From NCBI GenBank assembly GCA_041611735.1, contig JBFIML010000024.1, positions 1 to 63,738 on the forward strand: a DNA stretch of 63,738 bases, written 5' to 3'. The stretch's first letter is position 1; every line of letters starts with the position of its first letter. The stretch comes from Myxococcota bacterium (lineage in GTDB: Bacteria > Myxococcota_A > UBA9160 > PR03). Positions 18,621 to 28,263 of this stretch are shown here, piece after piece. The notes under the pieces were generated by a model. The model was not told the DNA's origin and searched no databases. It saw only the letters and a list, made by a program, of their open reading frames with translations. Made by a program: the position numbers and the translations under genes.

Positions 18621-20077
18621 GCGACCGCACCGGCTCGGACCGCCCCCTGGCCTTCTTCCGCGACCGCTTCGGGCTCGACGAGCGAAACCTGGCCAGCACC
18701 CTCGGCACGGCCCTGGAGCGGCGCGTGGACGCCGCCGACCTCTTCTTCGAGCACACCACCCGGGACCAGGTGGCCCTCGAGGAGGGGATCGTGAAGCAGG
18801 GCGACCGGCACGTGGAGCAGGGAGTGGGCGTCCGCGTGCAGGCGGGCGAGCGGCAGGGCTACGCCCATTCCGACGAGATCACCGTGGAGAGCCTGCGGGT
18901 AGCGGCCGCCACCGCGCGCGCCATCTCCGCAAGAGCCGGCTCCGCGGAACCCGTGGCCGTGCGCGGCACGCTGGCGCCTTGCCACGACCTCTACCCCGTC
19001 GAGCACGCGCCCACGGATGCGCCCGTGGAGCGCAAGGTCGACTTGCTGGGCGAGATGGACGCCTTCGCCCGCTCCCTGGACCCGCGCGTCCGGCAGGTCA
19101 TGGCGAGCGTGGTCTCGGAGCACCGCCACGTGCTGGTAGTCGCCAGTGACGGGACCCTGGCGGGCGACGTCCGGCCGCTCGTGCGCCTCAACGTGCAGGT
19201 GATCGTGGCGGACGCTTCGGGCCGACGACGCGAGATCGGCTACCAGGGGCTGGGGGGCCGCTACGAGCTCGAGCGGCTGCTCGAGCCCGAGCGGTGGAGA
19301 CCCCTGGTCGCCGAGGCGGTGCGCGTCGCCACCTTGAACCTGGAGGCCGAGCCCTGCCCTGCCGGCACGCTCGACGTGGTGCTCGGCCCCGGCTGGCCCG
19401 GCATCCTGCTGCACGAGGCCATCGGCCATGGTCTCGAAGGCGACTTCAACCGCAAGAAGACCTCGGCCTTCTCGGGCCGGCTCGGCCAGCGGGTGGCCGC
19501 CCAGGGGGTCACCGTGGTGGACGACGGCACCCTGCCGGAACGGCGCGGCTCGCTCAACGTGGACGACGAGGGCACGCCAACGCGCCGCAACGTGCTGATC
19601 GAGAACGGCGTTCTGGTCGGCTACATGCAGGACCGGCTCAATGCGCGCCTGACGGGCGTGCCGCCCACCGGGAACGGGCGCCGCGAGAGTTACGCCCACC
19701 TCCCGCTGCCCCGCATGACCAACACCTTCATGCTGGCCGGCCGGGACGAACCGACGGAGATCCTGCGCTCGGTGAAGCGCGGCATCTACGCCGTCTCGTT
19801 CGGCGGGGGGCAGGTGGACATCACCAGCGGGAAGTTCGTCTTCACGGCGAGCGAGGCCTACCGGATCGAGGACGGCCGCGTGGGCGCCCCGCTCAAGCGC
19901 GCCACCCTGATCGGGAACGGACCCGACGTGCTGCTCCGGGTGAGCCGGATCGGCCACGACCTGCGCCTGGACGACGGGGTGGGGACCTGCGGCAAGGACG
20001 GTCAGCTGGTTCCCGTCGGGGTGGGGCTCCCCACCCTGCGCATCGACGGACTCACCGTGGGAGGCACCGAAGGATGA
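18617..20077 (+). CDS. tldD: Metalloprotease TldD
   Basis: GILLHEAIGHGLEGDFNRK, PRMTNT, GTCGKDGQ.VPVGVG.PT. Confidence 0.97.
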   Translation: MSDRTGSDRPLAFFRDRFGLDERNLASTLGTALERRVDAADLFFEHTTRDQVALEEGIVKQGDRHVEQGVGVRVQAGERQGYAHSDEITVESLRVAAATARAISARAGSAEPVAVRGTLAPCHDLYPVEHAPTDAPVERKVDLLGEMDAFARSLDPRVRQVMASVVSEHRHVLVVASDGTLAGDVRPLVRLNVQVIVADASGRRREIGYQGLGGRYELERLLEPERWRPLVAEAVRVATLNLEAEPCPAGTLDVVLGPGWPGILLHEAIGHGLEGDFNRKKTSAFSGRLGQRVAAQGVTVVDDGTLPERRGSLNVDDEGTPTRRNVLIENGVLVGYMQDRLNARLTGVPPTGNGRRESYAHLPLPRMTNTFMLAGRDEPTEILRSVKRGIYAVSFGGGQVDITSGKFVFTASEAYRIEDGRVGAPLKRATLIGNGPDVLLRVSRIGHDLRLDDGVGTCGKDGQLVPVGVGLPTLRIDGLTVGGTEG

Positions 20078-21435
20078 GCGCCCTCACCGGCGAAGCCGCG
20101 GTGCGCCGCGCCCTGGAGCGCGTGCTCACCTCGGGCGCCGACTCCGCGGACGCACTCCTGGTGGAGGACGACTCGGTGGAGGCCCGGATGCGGGGCGACG
20201 AGATCGACTTCGTCAAGCAGGCCCGCGAGCGAACCCTCGGCATGCGGGCCTTCGTACGCGGGCCCCGGGGCCTGCGGTCCGCCATCACCTCCACCAGCGA
20301 CCTGGCGCCGGAGGCGATCGACGCCCTGGCGGGCGAGACGGTGGCGCTGGCCCGCGCCACCGCCGAGGACGCAGCAGCCGGCCTCCCGGAGGACGGCTTC
20401 GCCCGCGACCTGCCTGACCTGGAGCTCCTGGATTCGGAAGATCGTCGCGTGTCGGTGGAGGCGCGCCTCGAGGACGCCCGTCGCGCCGAGGCGGCCGCGC
20501 GCGCCAGCGACCCGCGCATCGTGAACTCCGAGGGCTCGCAGGTGGAGTCCGCCTTCTCCCGGGTGACCTACGCCAACAGCGCCGGCTTCCTGGCCGGCTA
20601 CGAGGCCGCCTCCCACGCCCTCTTCTGCGAGCCCGTGGCGGAGCAGAACGGCGCCATGCAGCGCGACTGGTGGCTCACCGCGGGGCGTCGCCTGGCGGGG
20701 CTCGAGGACCCGGCCGCCGTGGGTCGACGGGCGGCGGAGCTCGCCGTGCGCCGGCTCGGCGCCCGCCGCGTCCCGACCGCGGAGGTGCCGGTGATCTTCG
20801 AGCCGCGCACCGCGCGCAGCCTGCTCGGCCATCTGGCCGCCTGCGTGAACGGCGGCGCCGTCTACCGCCAGAGCTCCTTCCTGGGCGACCGGCTGGGCGA
20901 GATCGTGGCCAGCGAACGCCTCACGGTGGTGGACGACGGCCGGCGCCCGGGGGGCCTCGGCAGCCGGCCGTTCGACGGGGAGGGACAGCCCACACGCCGC
21001 ACGCAGGTGCTGGAGCGCGGGCGGCTTTCCAGCTGGCTGCTCGACACCTACTCGGCGCGGAAGCTCGGCCTGCGCTCCACGGGCAACGCGCTGCGCGGAC
21101 CCGGCGGCGCGCCCACGCCGGGTCCCAGCAACCTCTGGATCGAGCCGGGCGATGCGTCGGCGGAGCAGATCCTGGCCGAGACCGAACGCGGCCTGCTGGT
21201 GACGGAGCTGATCGGGATGGGCTTCGACCCGGTCAGCGGCGACTACTCGCGGGGCGCCGCGGGCCTGTGGATCGAGGACGGCCGCATCGTGCACGCCGTG
21301 GAGGAGATCACCATCGCCGGTCATCTCGGCGAGATGCTGGCGGCGATCGATCGGGTGGGGAACGACCTGGCCTGGTTCGGGCCCATCGCGGCCCCCACGC
21401 TGCGCGTGGCCCGCATGACCGTGGCCGGGGAGTGA
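20074..21435 (+). CDS. pmbA: TldE/PmbA protein
   Basis: SFL, PFDGEG, SGDYSRGAAG, VEEITIAG; follows tldD. Confidence 0.93.
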   Translation: MSALTGEAAVRRALERVLTSGADSADALLVEDDSVEARMRGDEIDFVKQARERTLGMRAFVRGPRGLRSAITSTSDLAPEAIDALAGETVALARATAEDAAAGLPEDGFARDLPDLELLDSEDRRVSVEARLEDARRAEAAARASDPRIVNSEGSQVESAFSRVTYANSAGFLAGYEAASHALFCEPVAEQNGAMQRDWWLTAGRRLAGLEDPAAVGRRAAELAVRRLGARRVPTAEVPVIFEPRTARSLLGHLAACVNGGAVYRQSSFLGDRLGEIVASERLTVVDDGRRPGGLGSRPFDGEGQPTRRTQVLERGRLSSWLLDTYSARKLGLRSTGNALRGPGGAPTPGPSNLWIEPGDASAEQILAETERGLLVTELIGMGFDPVSGDYSRGAAGLWIEDGRIVHAVEEITIAGHLGEMLAAIDRVGNDLAWFGPIAAPTLRVARMTVAGE

Positions 21436-21439
21436 GCGG

Positions 21440-22318
21440 GTGGGCGCCACCTCGCGCACGATGATCGGCCTGAGCCTTCCGGAGGTGGAGGTCTGGTCCG
21501 AGCGCGTGGTGCTGGCGCTTGGCATGAACCCCGGCCTCTTCACCGGACCGGGCACCAACACCTACCTGATCGGCACCGGCAGCCGGCGCATCCTGCTGGA
21601 TACCGGACAGGGGCGCCCGGAGTACCCCCACGTGCTGGAGCGGGCCCTGGGGCACGCGGGCTGCCAGGGAATCCAGGAGGTGGTGCTGACCCACGCGCAC
21701 CCCGACCACATCGGAGGCATCCGGGACGTGCTCGAGCGCTGGGGGCCCCTGCGGGTCTCCAAGCTGCCCTGGCCCGAGGAGGACCGGCGCTGGCCGGTCC
21801 CGATCGAGCCGCTGCGGGAGGGCGACCGGCTACGCACCGAGGGCGCGACCCTGCGTGCCGTGCACGCACCGGGTCACGCCCCGGATCATCTGTGCTTCGT
21901 GCTGGAGGAGGAGCGCGCGATCTTCTCCGGGGACAACGTGCTCGGCGTCGGCACCACGGTGATCCCCGACGACCACGGCGATCTGCGCGACTACCTGCGC
22001 TCCCTGGAGCGACTGCGCGACGAGCGCCCGCGGCGCATCTACCCGGCGCACGGTCCCCTGATCCCGGATGGCGAGGCGCGGCTCACCGAGTACCTGGAGC
22101 ACCGCGGCGAGCGCGAGCGCCAGATCCTGACCGCCCTGCGCGCCGGCCCGGCGCGGGTGCCCGAGATTGTGGCGCGCGTCTACGTGGACGTACCGAAGGT
22201 GCTGCACGGGGCCGCTGCACACTCGGTGACGGCGCATCTACGCAAGCTGGAACACGAGGGGCGCGTCGAGCGCAGGACGGACGAGCCGGGCCTCGAGGCG
22301 CTCTGGAGTCTCGTTTGA
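21440..22318 (+). CDS. MBL-fold metallo-hydrolase (LACTB2-like, C-terminal winged helix)
   Basis: NPG.FTGPGTNTY, THAHPDH, PGHAPDH, GD, PAHG; start could be the ATG at 21461. Confidence 0.9.
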   Translation: MGATSRTMIGLSLPEVEVWSERVVLALGMNPGLFTGPGTNTYLIGTGSRRILLDTGQGRPEYPHVLERALGHAGCQGIQEVVLTHAHPDHIGGIRDVLERWGPLRVSKLPWPEEDRRWPVPIEPLREGDRLRTEGATLRAVHAPGHAPDHLCFVLEEERAIFSGDNVLGVGTTVIPDDHGDLRDYLRSLERLRDERPRRIYPAHGPLIPDGEARLTEYLEHRGERERQILTALRAGPARVPEIVARVYVDVPKVLHGAAAHSVTAHLRKLEHEGRVERRTDEPGLEALWSLV

Positions 22319-23130
22319 CCGCACCCCTGGCCGAGCGTCTACGCCATGCGGATCCCGCCGAGCGGCGCGCGGCGTGCCGGGCCGCCCCGGCCGACCCGGC
22401 GGCGGCCCTGCATCTGGAGGCCCTGGTGGCCGCCCTGGGCGATCCGGACCCGGGCGTGGCGGAGGCGGCCTCGCGCGCCCTGGCGGAGCTGGGGCGCGGC
22501 GTGAAGGAGGTGGCGCCGCTGCTACGCGCAGCCCTGCGCGGCCACGAGCCACGCCGCCGCATCCGCTCGGCCCTCACCCTGGCCCAGCTCGAGCCGCCGC
22601 ATCCGGGGCTGCTGCCGGCCCTGGTGGAGGGGCTCTCCGCCGCCGAGGGTCCCGTGCGCTGGGCGGCGGCTCGGCTGCTCACCGACACCGGGCGGCTGCA
22701 CGGGGAGGTGCTTCCGCTGCTCCTGGCGCTGCTGGGCGGGCCCGCGCCGCGCGACGCCCGGCGCATGGCGGCCTTCTGTCTGCGGGAGCTGGCCCCGGAC
22801 CGCCCGGAGGCCGCGCGCGTCCTGCTGGCCGCCACCCGCGACGAGGATGCGGGCCTGCGGCGGGCCGCCCTGACCGCCCTGGCGGCCCTGGAGGGTCCGC
22901 CGCCCGAGGTGGTGGAGCGCCTCGTGGAGGCTCTGGACGGGGACCCGGATGCCGCCGCCCGGCGGGTCGCGGCGGCCGCCCTGGGTGAGGCCGGTGCCCA
23001 GCGCCCGGAGCTCGTCTCCCCGGGCGCCCGCGCCCGCCTGCGCGCGGCCGCCGAGCCAAGCCAGGATCCGGAGCTGCAGCGGGCAGCGCGCCAGGCCCTG
23101 GCGCGCCTCGAGCCGGACGCCGGCCCTTGA
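22315..23130 (+). CDS. HEAT-repeat protein
   Basis: Repeated L..AL.D.D..VR.AAA.ALG units; TTG start overlaps the upstream stop. Confidence 0.8.
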   Translation: MTAPLAERLRHADPAERRAACRAAPADPAAALHLEALVAALGDPDPGVAEAASRALAELGRGVKEVAPLLRAALRGHEPRRRIRSALTLAQLEPPHPGLLPALVEGLSAAEGPVRWAAARLLTDTGRLHGEVLPLLLALLGGPAPRDARRMAAFCLRELAPDRPEAARVLLAATRDEDAGLRRAALTALAALEGPPPEVVERLVEALDGDPDAAARRVAAAALGEAGAQRPELVSPGARARLRAAAEPSQDPELQRAARQALARLEPDAGP

Positions 23131-23810
23131 CGCCGCGCAGCGTGGTGGTGACGGGGGGGACGGGCGCCCTGGGAAGCACGCTGGTGGCGGCCTTCCTCGA
23201 CGCCGGGGATCGGGTGGTGGTGCCGTGGATCGACCGGGCCGAGCGCGACGCCCTGGCCGCGCGTCACGCATCCTGCGCAGCGCGTCTCCGGCTCGTCGAG
23301 GCGGACGTGACCGATGCGCAGGGTGCGGCGTCCCTGGGCCGCCACGCGCCGGAGGCCGAGGTGCTGGTGAACGGCGTGGGCGGCTTCGCCGGCGGGTCGC
23401 CCCTGCACGAGACCGGGCTCGAGGTCTGGGATCGCCTGCTGCGTCTCAACCTGCTCAGCGCCGTCGCCACCCTCCGCGCCCTGCTTCCGGGCATGCTCGC
23501 GCGGCGCCGGGGAACCGTGGTGAACGTGGCCGCCCAGGCCGCCTGCGTGCGGCCGGCGGGTCTCGCCGCCTACGCCGCCTCCAAGGCGGCGCTGGTGGTG
23601 CTGACGGAGATCCTCCAGAAGGAGGTGGCGGAGCGGGGCATCCGCGTGAACGCGGTGGCGCCCGGCACGATCGACACGCCCGCCAACCGGCGGGCCATGC
23701 CGGAAGCGGACTTCTCCAGCTGGACGCCTCCGGAGCGCATCGCGGAGGTGGTGCGCTGGCTCGCCAGCCCTGCCGCGGCGGCCGTGCGCGGTGCGGTGAT
23801 TCCCGTCTAG
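23127..23810 (+). CDS. Short-chain dehydrogenase/reductase
   Basis: TGGTGALG, YAASKA, RVNAVAPG. Confidence 0.93.
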   Translation: MTPRSVVVTGGTGALGSTLVAAFLDAGDRVVVPWIDRAERDALAARHASCAARLRLVEADVTDAQGAASLGRHAPEAEVLVNGVGGFAGGSPLHETGLEVWDRLLRLNLLSAVATLRALLPGMLARRRGTVVNVAAQAACVRPAGLAAYAASKAALVVLTEILQKEVAERGIRVNAVAPGTIDTPANRRAMPEADFSSWTPPERIAEVVRWLASPAAAAVRGAVIPV

Positions 23811-23822
23811 GAGGGGCCGCGC

Positions 23823-25052
23823 GTGCAGAAGGGCGATTTCTACCGTGCAGCACGCCGGGACCTGCCGGGTCCGCTGGCGGGGCTGCGGGTGATCGAGGCG
23901 ACCACCACCTGGGCCGGGCCCATGTGCGCCTGCCTGCTGGCCGACTTCGGCGCCGACGTGATCAAGCTGGAGCTGCCCGGCGGCGAGATGGCCCGTCACG
24001 CGCCGCCCTTCCTGCCCGGCACCGATCCACCGGTCTCGTTCCTGCACGCCACCGTGAACCGCAACAAGCGCAGCATGACCCTCGATCTGAGGCGACCCGA
24101 GGGTCGCGATCTCTTCCTGCGCCTGGCGGGCGGAGCGGACGTGGTGGTGGAGAACTTCCGGCCCGGCACCATGGAGCACTGGGGGGTCGGCTACGAGCAG
24201 GTGCGCGCGTTGCGTCCCGACGTGATCTACGTCTCGATCAGCGGCTTCGGCCAGTTCGGGCCCGAGACGGACCGCCTGGGCTACGACCCGCTGGCCCAGG
24301 CCGAGAGCGGCTTCCTGTCCCTGAACGGAAGCCCCGACGGGCCGCCGGTGAAGGCGCCCACCTTCCTGGCCGACGACCTGGCGGGCGTGCACGGGGCTCT
24401 GGCTGCCCTGGCGGCGCTCCACCACCGCATGCGAACGGGCGAGGGGCAGCACGTGGACGTGGCACTCCTCGACGCCATGCTGTTCCAGTCCACCGGCTAC
24501 CTGACGCTCGGGGCTCTCGGCGTGGAGCTGCCCCGCCTCGGCAACGAGTTCCGCATCGCGGCGCCGGCGCGCGTGTACCGCTGCCGGGACGGCGACGCCC
24601 TGGCCGGCGCGCTGCTCGACGCCCACTGGCGGCGCCTGGCGCTCCTGCTGGGGCGTCCCGAGGCCGCGGACGACCCGGCCTACGCCACCACCGCCGCCCG
24701 GCTCAGCCGCCGCGCCGAGGTGGACGCCTGGCTGGCGGAGTGGATGGCGGCGCGCACGGTGCGGCAGGCGGTGGTGGAGCTGCATGCCGCGGGGCTGCCC
24801 ACGGCGCCGGTGCGCACGTATGCGGAGGCGGCGCGCACGCCGCACGTGGCGGAGCGCGACATGCTGCAGGCCGTGCGCCAGGCGGACGGCAGCCTGGCAC
24901 CCATCACGGGGCCGGCCGCCAAGCTCTCGCGCACGCCCACCGGGGTCCGGCAGGGCGCCCCCGCCCTCGGGGCCCACACCGACGAGGTGCTGGCCGAGCT
25001 GGGTCTCGACGCCGCCTCCATCCGCCGTCTGCGCGAGACCGGCGTCGTGTGA
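23823..25052 (+). CDS. CaiB/BaiF family (class III) CoA transferase
   Basis: GP...LADFGADVIKLE, NRNKRS, ENFRPG, GYD, APALGAHT. Confidence 0.95.
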   Translation: MQKGDFYRAARRDLPGPLAGLRVIEATTTWAGPMCACLLADFGADVIKLELPGGEMARHAPPFLPGTDPPVSFLHATVNRNKRSMTLDLRRPEGRDLFLRLAGGADVVVENFRPGTMEHWGVGYEQVRALRPDVIYVSISGFGQFGPETDRLGYDPLAQAESGFLSLNGSPDGPPVKAPTFLADDLAGVHGALAALAALHHRMRTGEGQHVDVALLDAMLFQSTGYLTLGALGVELPRLGNEFRIAAPARVYRCRDGDALAGALLDAHWRRLALLLGRPEAADDPAYATTAARLSRRAEVDAWLAEWMAARTVRQAVVELHAAGLPTAPVRTYAEAARTPHVAERDMLQAVRQADGSLAPITGPAAKLSRTPTGVRQGAPALGAHTDEVLAELGLDAASIRRLRETGVV

Positions 25053-25061
25053 CGTCGCCGG

Positions 25062-26000
25062 CTAGCGACGGATCCTCCCGGGCAGGACGTAGGCGTACGG
25101 GCGCCCCAGCAGCCGCCTCCGCACGAAGCGGTCCAGCCGGCGCGCAGCCTGGAAGGCAGTCCACAGGCGCGCGTCGCCCCGGTAGTAGCGCAGCACCTCG
25201 GCCGCCCCGAGCGGGGTCGGGGCGCCCGGGGCGTGCCCGGCCAGCCAGGCATTGACCTCCTCCAGGGCGAGGCCGATGCGGTCCGCGCGCCCTTCCTTCA
25301 CGAAGTTCGCCACCAGGTCGCGGACCACCGCGCGCAGATCGTAGTAGCGCTCGAGGACCCGTCCCAGCAGGAAGCGCCGGAACACGAAGGCGAGCGGAGC
25401 CGGCATGGCGCGCAGGCCGATCTCCGCGTCCTGCTGCTCGCGCCCCTGGCGTCGCAGGAAGGGAGAGCCCACGTCCACGAAGACGGGCGCCTCCGCCGCC
25501 GCCGCCTCCAAGACGGCCCAGTTGGAGATCTGCGCATCGAGACCGATGAGAAGCCTCGCGCCGTGCCGCAGATTGGCGATCCACACCGCCTGGAGGCGCG
25601 CCAGGATGCCGCGCAGCAGCGCCCGCAGCTCCGCCTCCCCGGCCTGCCGCACCCAGGCGTTCCCGAACGCCCCCTCGGCCAGGCGGGGCTGGATCAGGTA
25701 GACCACGCGGCCGTTGCGGGAGGTCTCGATCGGCTGCCACGCGGTCTCGAGCACGGTCACCCCGCAGCCTTCCAGGCAGGCGCAGTAGTCCTCCACCAGC
25801 CTTCCGTAGGCGGCCACCTCCGCCCGGCTGGCGAAGCCCGCCATGCGCTTCACGATCAAGTCGGGCCGCTCCGCCAGGGCCAGCACCGTGGAGATCTCGC
25901 CGTAGCCCACGACCGTGGCGCCGCTGCCCGGGCGCTCGGGCCAGGCCGGGTCGAGGTGCTGCTCGAAGTCCCGCAGGAGCTCGGGGTCGACCGGCTTCAC
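25062..26000 (-). CDS. Kinase-like hypothetical protein (DUF6206-like)
   Basis: GYGEIS, VKR, LDAQISNW, FVDVG resemble the protein-kinase-fold G-loop, Lys, catalytic loop and DFG; GTG at 26000 overlaps the upstream TGA. Confidence 0.75.
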   Translation of the reverse strand: MKPVDPELLRDFEQHLDPAWPERPGSGATVVGYGEISTVLALAERPDLIVKRMAGFASRAEVAAYGRLVEDYCACLEGCGVTVLETAWQPIETSRNGRVVYLIQPRLAEGAFGNAWVRQAGEAELRALLRGILARLQAVWIANLRHGARLLIGLDAQISNWAVLEAAAAEAPVFVDVGSPFLRRQGREQQDAEIGLRAMPAPLAFVFRRFLLGRVLERYYDLRAVVRDLVANFVKEGRADRIGLALEEVNAWLAGHAPGAPTPLGAAEVLRYYRGDARLWTAFQAARRLDRFVRRRLLGRPYAYVLPGRIRR

Positions 26001-27253
26001 GCGGCACCGGCGCCCCGCGCGCGGGCGAAGCGGGCCAGGGCGTCCCCCATGCGCTCCACGATCTCGTCCGCCAGGGCTTCGTCGGCCACCAGCGGGGGCA
26101 GGAGCTGCAGCACCGACGGGTCGTTGCCCGCCAAGAAGCAGAGCAGGCCGGCATCGAAGCAGTGCCGCATCAGGCTCGGGCCGGCGGTGGGATCGGCAAA
26201 GCGGACGCCCATGAAGGCGCCGAGCGCGCGCACCTCCTGGAATCCCGTGGCCGGATGGCGGCGCCCCTGCTGCGTCACCCCGTCGCGGATGCGCGCCGAC
26301 ACGCGCACCACCCGCTCCAGGAACGCAGGGTCCGAACTCATCTCCAGCACCTTTCCAGCCACGGCGCAGCCGAGCTCGGACCCCCCGAAGGTGGAGACGT
26401 GGCTGAAGGGGTCGTCCTCGAACACCGCCGCCACCTCGGGCGTGAGGACGGTGGCCGTGAGGGGATAGAGGCCGCCGCTCAAGCCCTTGGCGGTGACCAG
26501 CACGTCCGGCTCGACCCCGAAGTGCTCGACGCCCCACAGCCGGCCCGTACGGCCGAGGCCGGTCTGCACCTCGTCGGCCACGTACAGCGCCCCGTGCTCC
26601 CCGCAGAGCGCCTTCACGCCGGGCAGGTAGTCGTCCGCCGGCAGGGGCATGCCCAGGGTGGCCGGGATGGTCTCCAGGACCACGGCCGCCACGTCCGGGC
26701 CCAGTGCGCGCTGCATGGCGCCGAGATCGTTCCAGGGCACGTGGGCAAAGTCGCTCGAATCGCACAGGAACGGCTTCGAGAACTTCTCGTGGCCGGTGGC
26801 CACGGCCAGGCCCGTGTGCCCGTGATAGGCGCCCCGGACGGAGACGATGCGGCGCCGTCCCGTGGCGCGCCGGGCCACCTTCAGGGCCAGGTCGATGGCC
26901 TCGCCCCCGGAGACGCCGAACACGCTGTAGCGGAGCCGTCCGGGGGTGAGCTCCGCCAAGCGCCGGGCCAGGCGCGCCCGCGGCCCGCTCGGCAGGTGGT
27001 GGTTGCCGATGTCGAGCCCCTCGAGGGCGCGTCGCAGGCTGGCGACCAGCTCGGGATGCCGATGTCCGAGGTTGTAGGTGCCTCCGTTGCAGTGACAGTC
27101 GACGAGCCGATGGCCGCCCTCCACGTCCCAGACGTAGGGGCCCTGGCGTCGGCCCATGGCGAACTCGATGCCCCCGGCCCGGAAGAAGCGCACCTTCCCC
27201 GGCGACACCCAGGCGGCGAACTCGTCGTACACGCTGGCATTGGTCTCGCCCAC
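25997..27253 (-). CDS. Class III PLP-dependent aminotransferase
   Basis: SGGEAID, AYHG, ADEVQTGLGRTG, AKGLSGG, STFGG; GTG start 7 nt after GGAGG. Confidence 0.93.
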   Translation of the reverse strand: MGETNASVYDEFAAWVSPGKVRFFRAGGIEFAMGRRQGPYVWDVEGGHRLVDCHCNGGTYNLGHRHPELVASLRRALEGLDIGNHHLPSGPRARLARRLAELTPGRLRYSVFGVSGGEAIDLALKVARRATGRRRIVSVRGAYHGHTGLAVATGHEKFSKPFLCDSSDFAHVPWNDLGAMQRALGPDVAAVVLETIPATLGMPLPADDYLPGVKALCGEHGALYVADEVQTGLGRTGRLWGVEHFGVEPDVLVTAKGLSGGLYPLTATVLTPEVAAVFEDDPFSHVSTFGGSELGCAVAGKVLEMSSDPAFLERVVRVSARIRDGVTQQGRRHPATGFQEVRALGAFMGVRFADPTAGPSLMRHCFDAGLLCFLAGNDPSVLQLLPPLVADEALADEIVERMGDALARFARARGAGAA

Positions 27254-27338
27254 GCCATGTCCTCCCGGCCCGCTCGTCCCCGTCGCGCCACGCGGCTGCC
27301 TGACGCCACGAAGGTACTGCATCGTCCCCGCCCGCGTC

Positions 27339-28070
27339 TCAGCTGCGCGCGTCGTGGAAGATCACGCCCAGGGCGTAGCGGGAGCCTCGCACCACACGGC
27401 TCACCCCGTGCCGCATGCCCGTGGGCACGAAGCCACGTCGCCCGGGTGCCGGTCGCTCGGCCGTGGCGAAGATCACTGCCTGGCCCCGGCGAGGCTGGAG
27501 CGCCGTTCCCACCGACTGACTGCGCGGCCGCTGTTCGACCAGCAGGAACTCGCCGCCGGCGAAGTCCACGTCCGCCCGGCTCAGGAACCCCGTGAGCTGG
27601 AGGGGAAACGCGATCTCTCCGTAGAGGTCCCGGTGCAGGCAGTTGTAGCCGCCGGCCCGGTACCGCAGCAGGAGTGGCGTGGGCTGCGCCTGCCCGTGGG
27701 CCCGGCAATGGCGCTCGAAGGCGGCGTGCCGGGCCGGAAAGCGCAGCGGACGCCGCAGGGCGCCCTGCATGCGATTCGCGATGGGCGCCAGGTGCCGGTA
27801 GGCGTGGCGGCGGAGCTCGGCCACCAGCGGCGGGAGGGGGCGTCGGAAGTAGCGGTAGTCCCCCACCCCGAAGCGATGCCGCTCCATGTCCACGAACTTG
27901 CGGAAGTGCGTCTCGTCGTCGTACAGCGCCACGAGACCCGCGCACTCGGCTCCCGTCAGAAGCGTCGGCGTGATGGCGAAGCCCCGCTCCCAGAGCGACG
28001 CTTCGAGCGCCTTCCAGTCGAGGTGGAGCAGGCGCTCGCGGATCCGCCGTCGGCCCGTGCTCCCGCTCAC
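27339..28070 (-). CDS. 2OG-Fe(II) oxygenase (DUF2086-like)
   Basis: PTPLLLRY, LHRDLYG (HxD), GGEF, RHGVS, R..LGVIFHDA. Confidence 0.9.
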   Translation of the reverse strand: MSGSTGRRRIRERLLHLDWKALEASLWERGFAITPTLLTGAECAGLVALYDDETHFRKFVDMERHRFGVGDYRYFRRPLPPLVAELRRHAYRHLAPIANRMQGALRRPLRFPARHAAFERHCRAHGQAQPTPLLLRYRAGGYNCLHRDLYGEIAFPLQLTGFLSRADVDFAGGEFLLVEQRPRSQSVGTALQPRRGQAVIFATAERPAPGRRGFVPTGMRHGVSRVVRGSRYALGVIFHDARS

Positions 28071-28135
28071 CGTCGCGGCCCGCGCGGGAGCGAGCCTTCC
28101 GGCGGCGTCCCATGGCAGACGAGAGCGGACTCCAT
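28067..28135 (-). CDS. Putative 22-aa leader peptide MESALVCHGTPPEGSLPRGPRR
   Basis: GAGGAGG RBS then ATG; its TGA overlaps the GTG of the oxygenase (GTGA). Confidence 0.4.
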   Translation of the reverse strand: MESALVCHGTPPEGSLPRGPRR

Positions 28136-28263
28136 GGCGCCTCCTCGGGCGCGGCTGCGCCCCGGGGCCGCCAGGGTAGCCGCCCCAGCGCGGACCCACG
28201 TGCCGTCGCCAGCCCGGCTGCGCTACCCGTGCCGGGGGGGTTGGCTCGGGGTCGGGGAATCGG

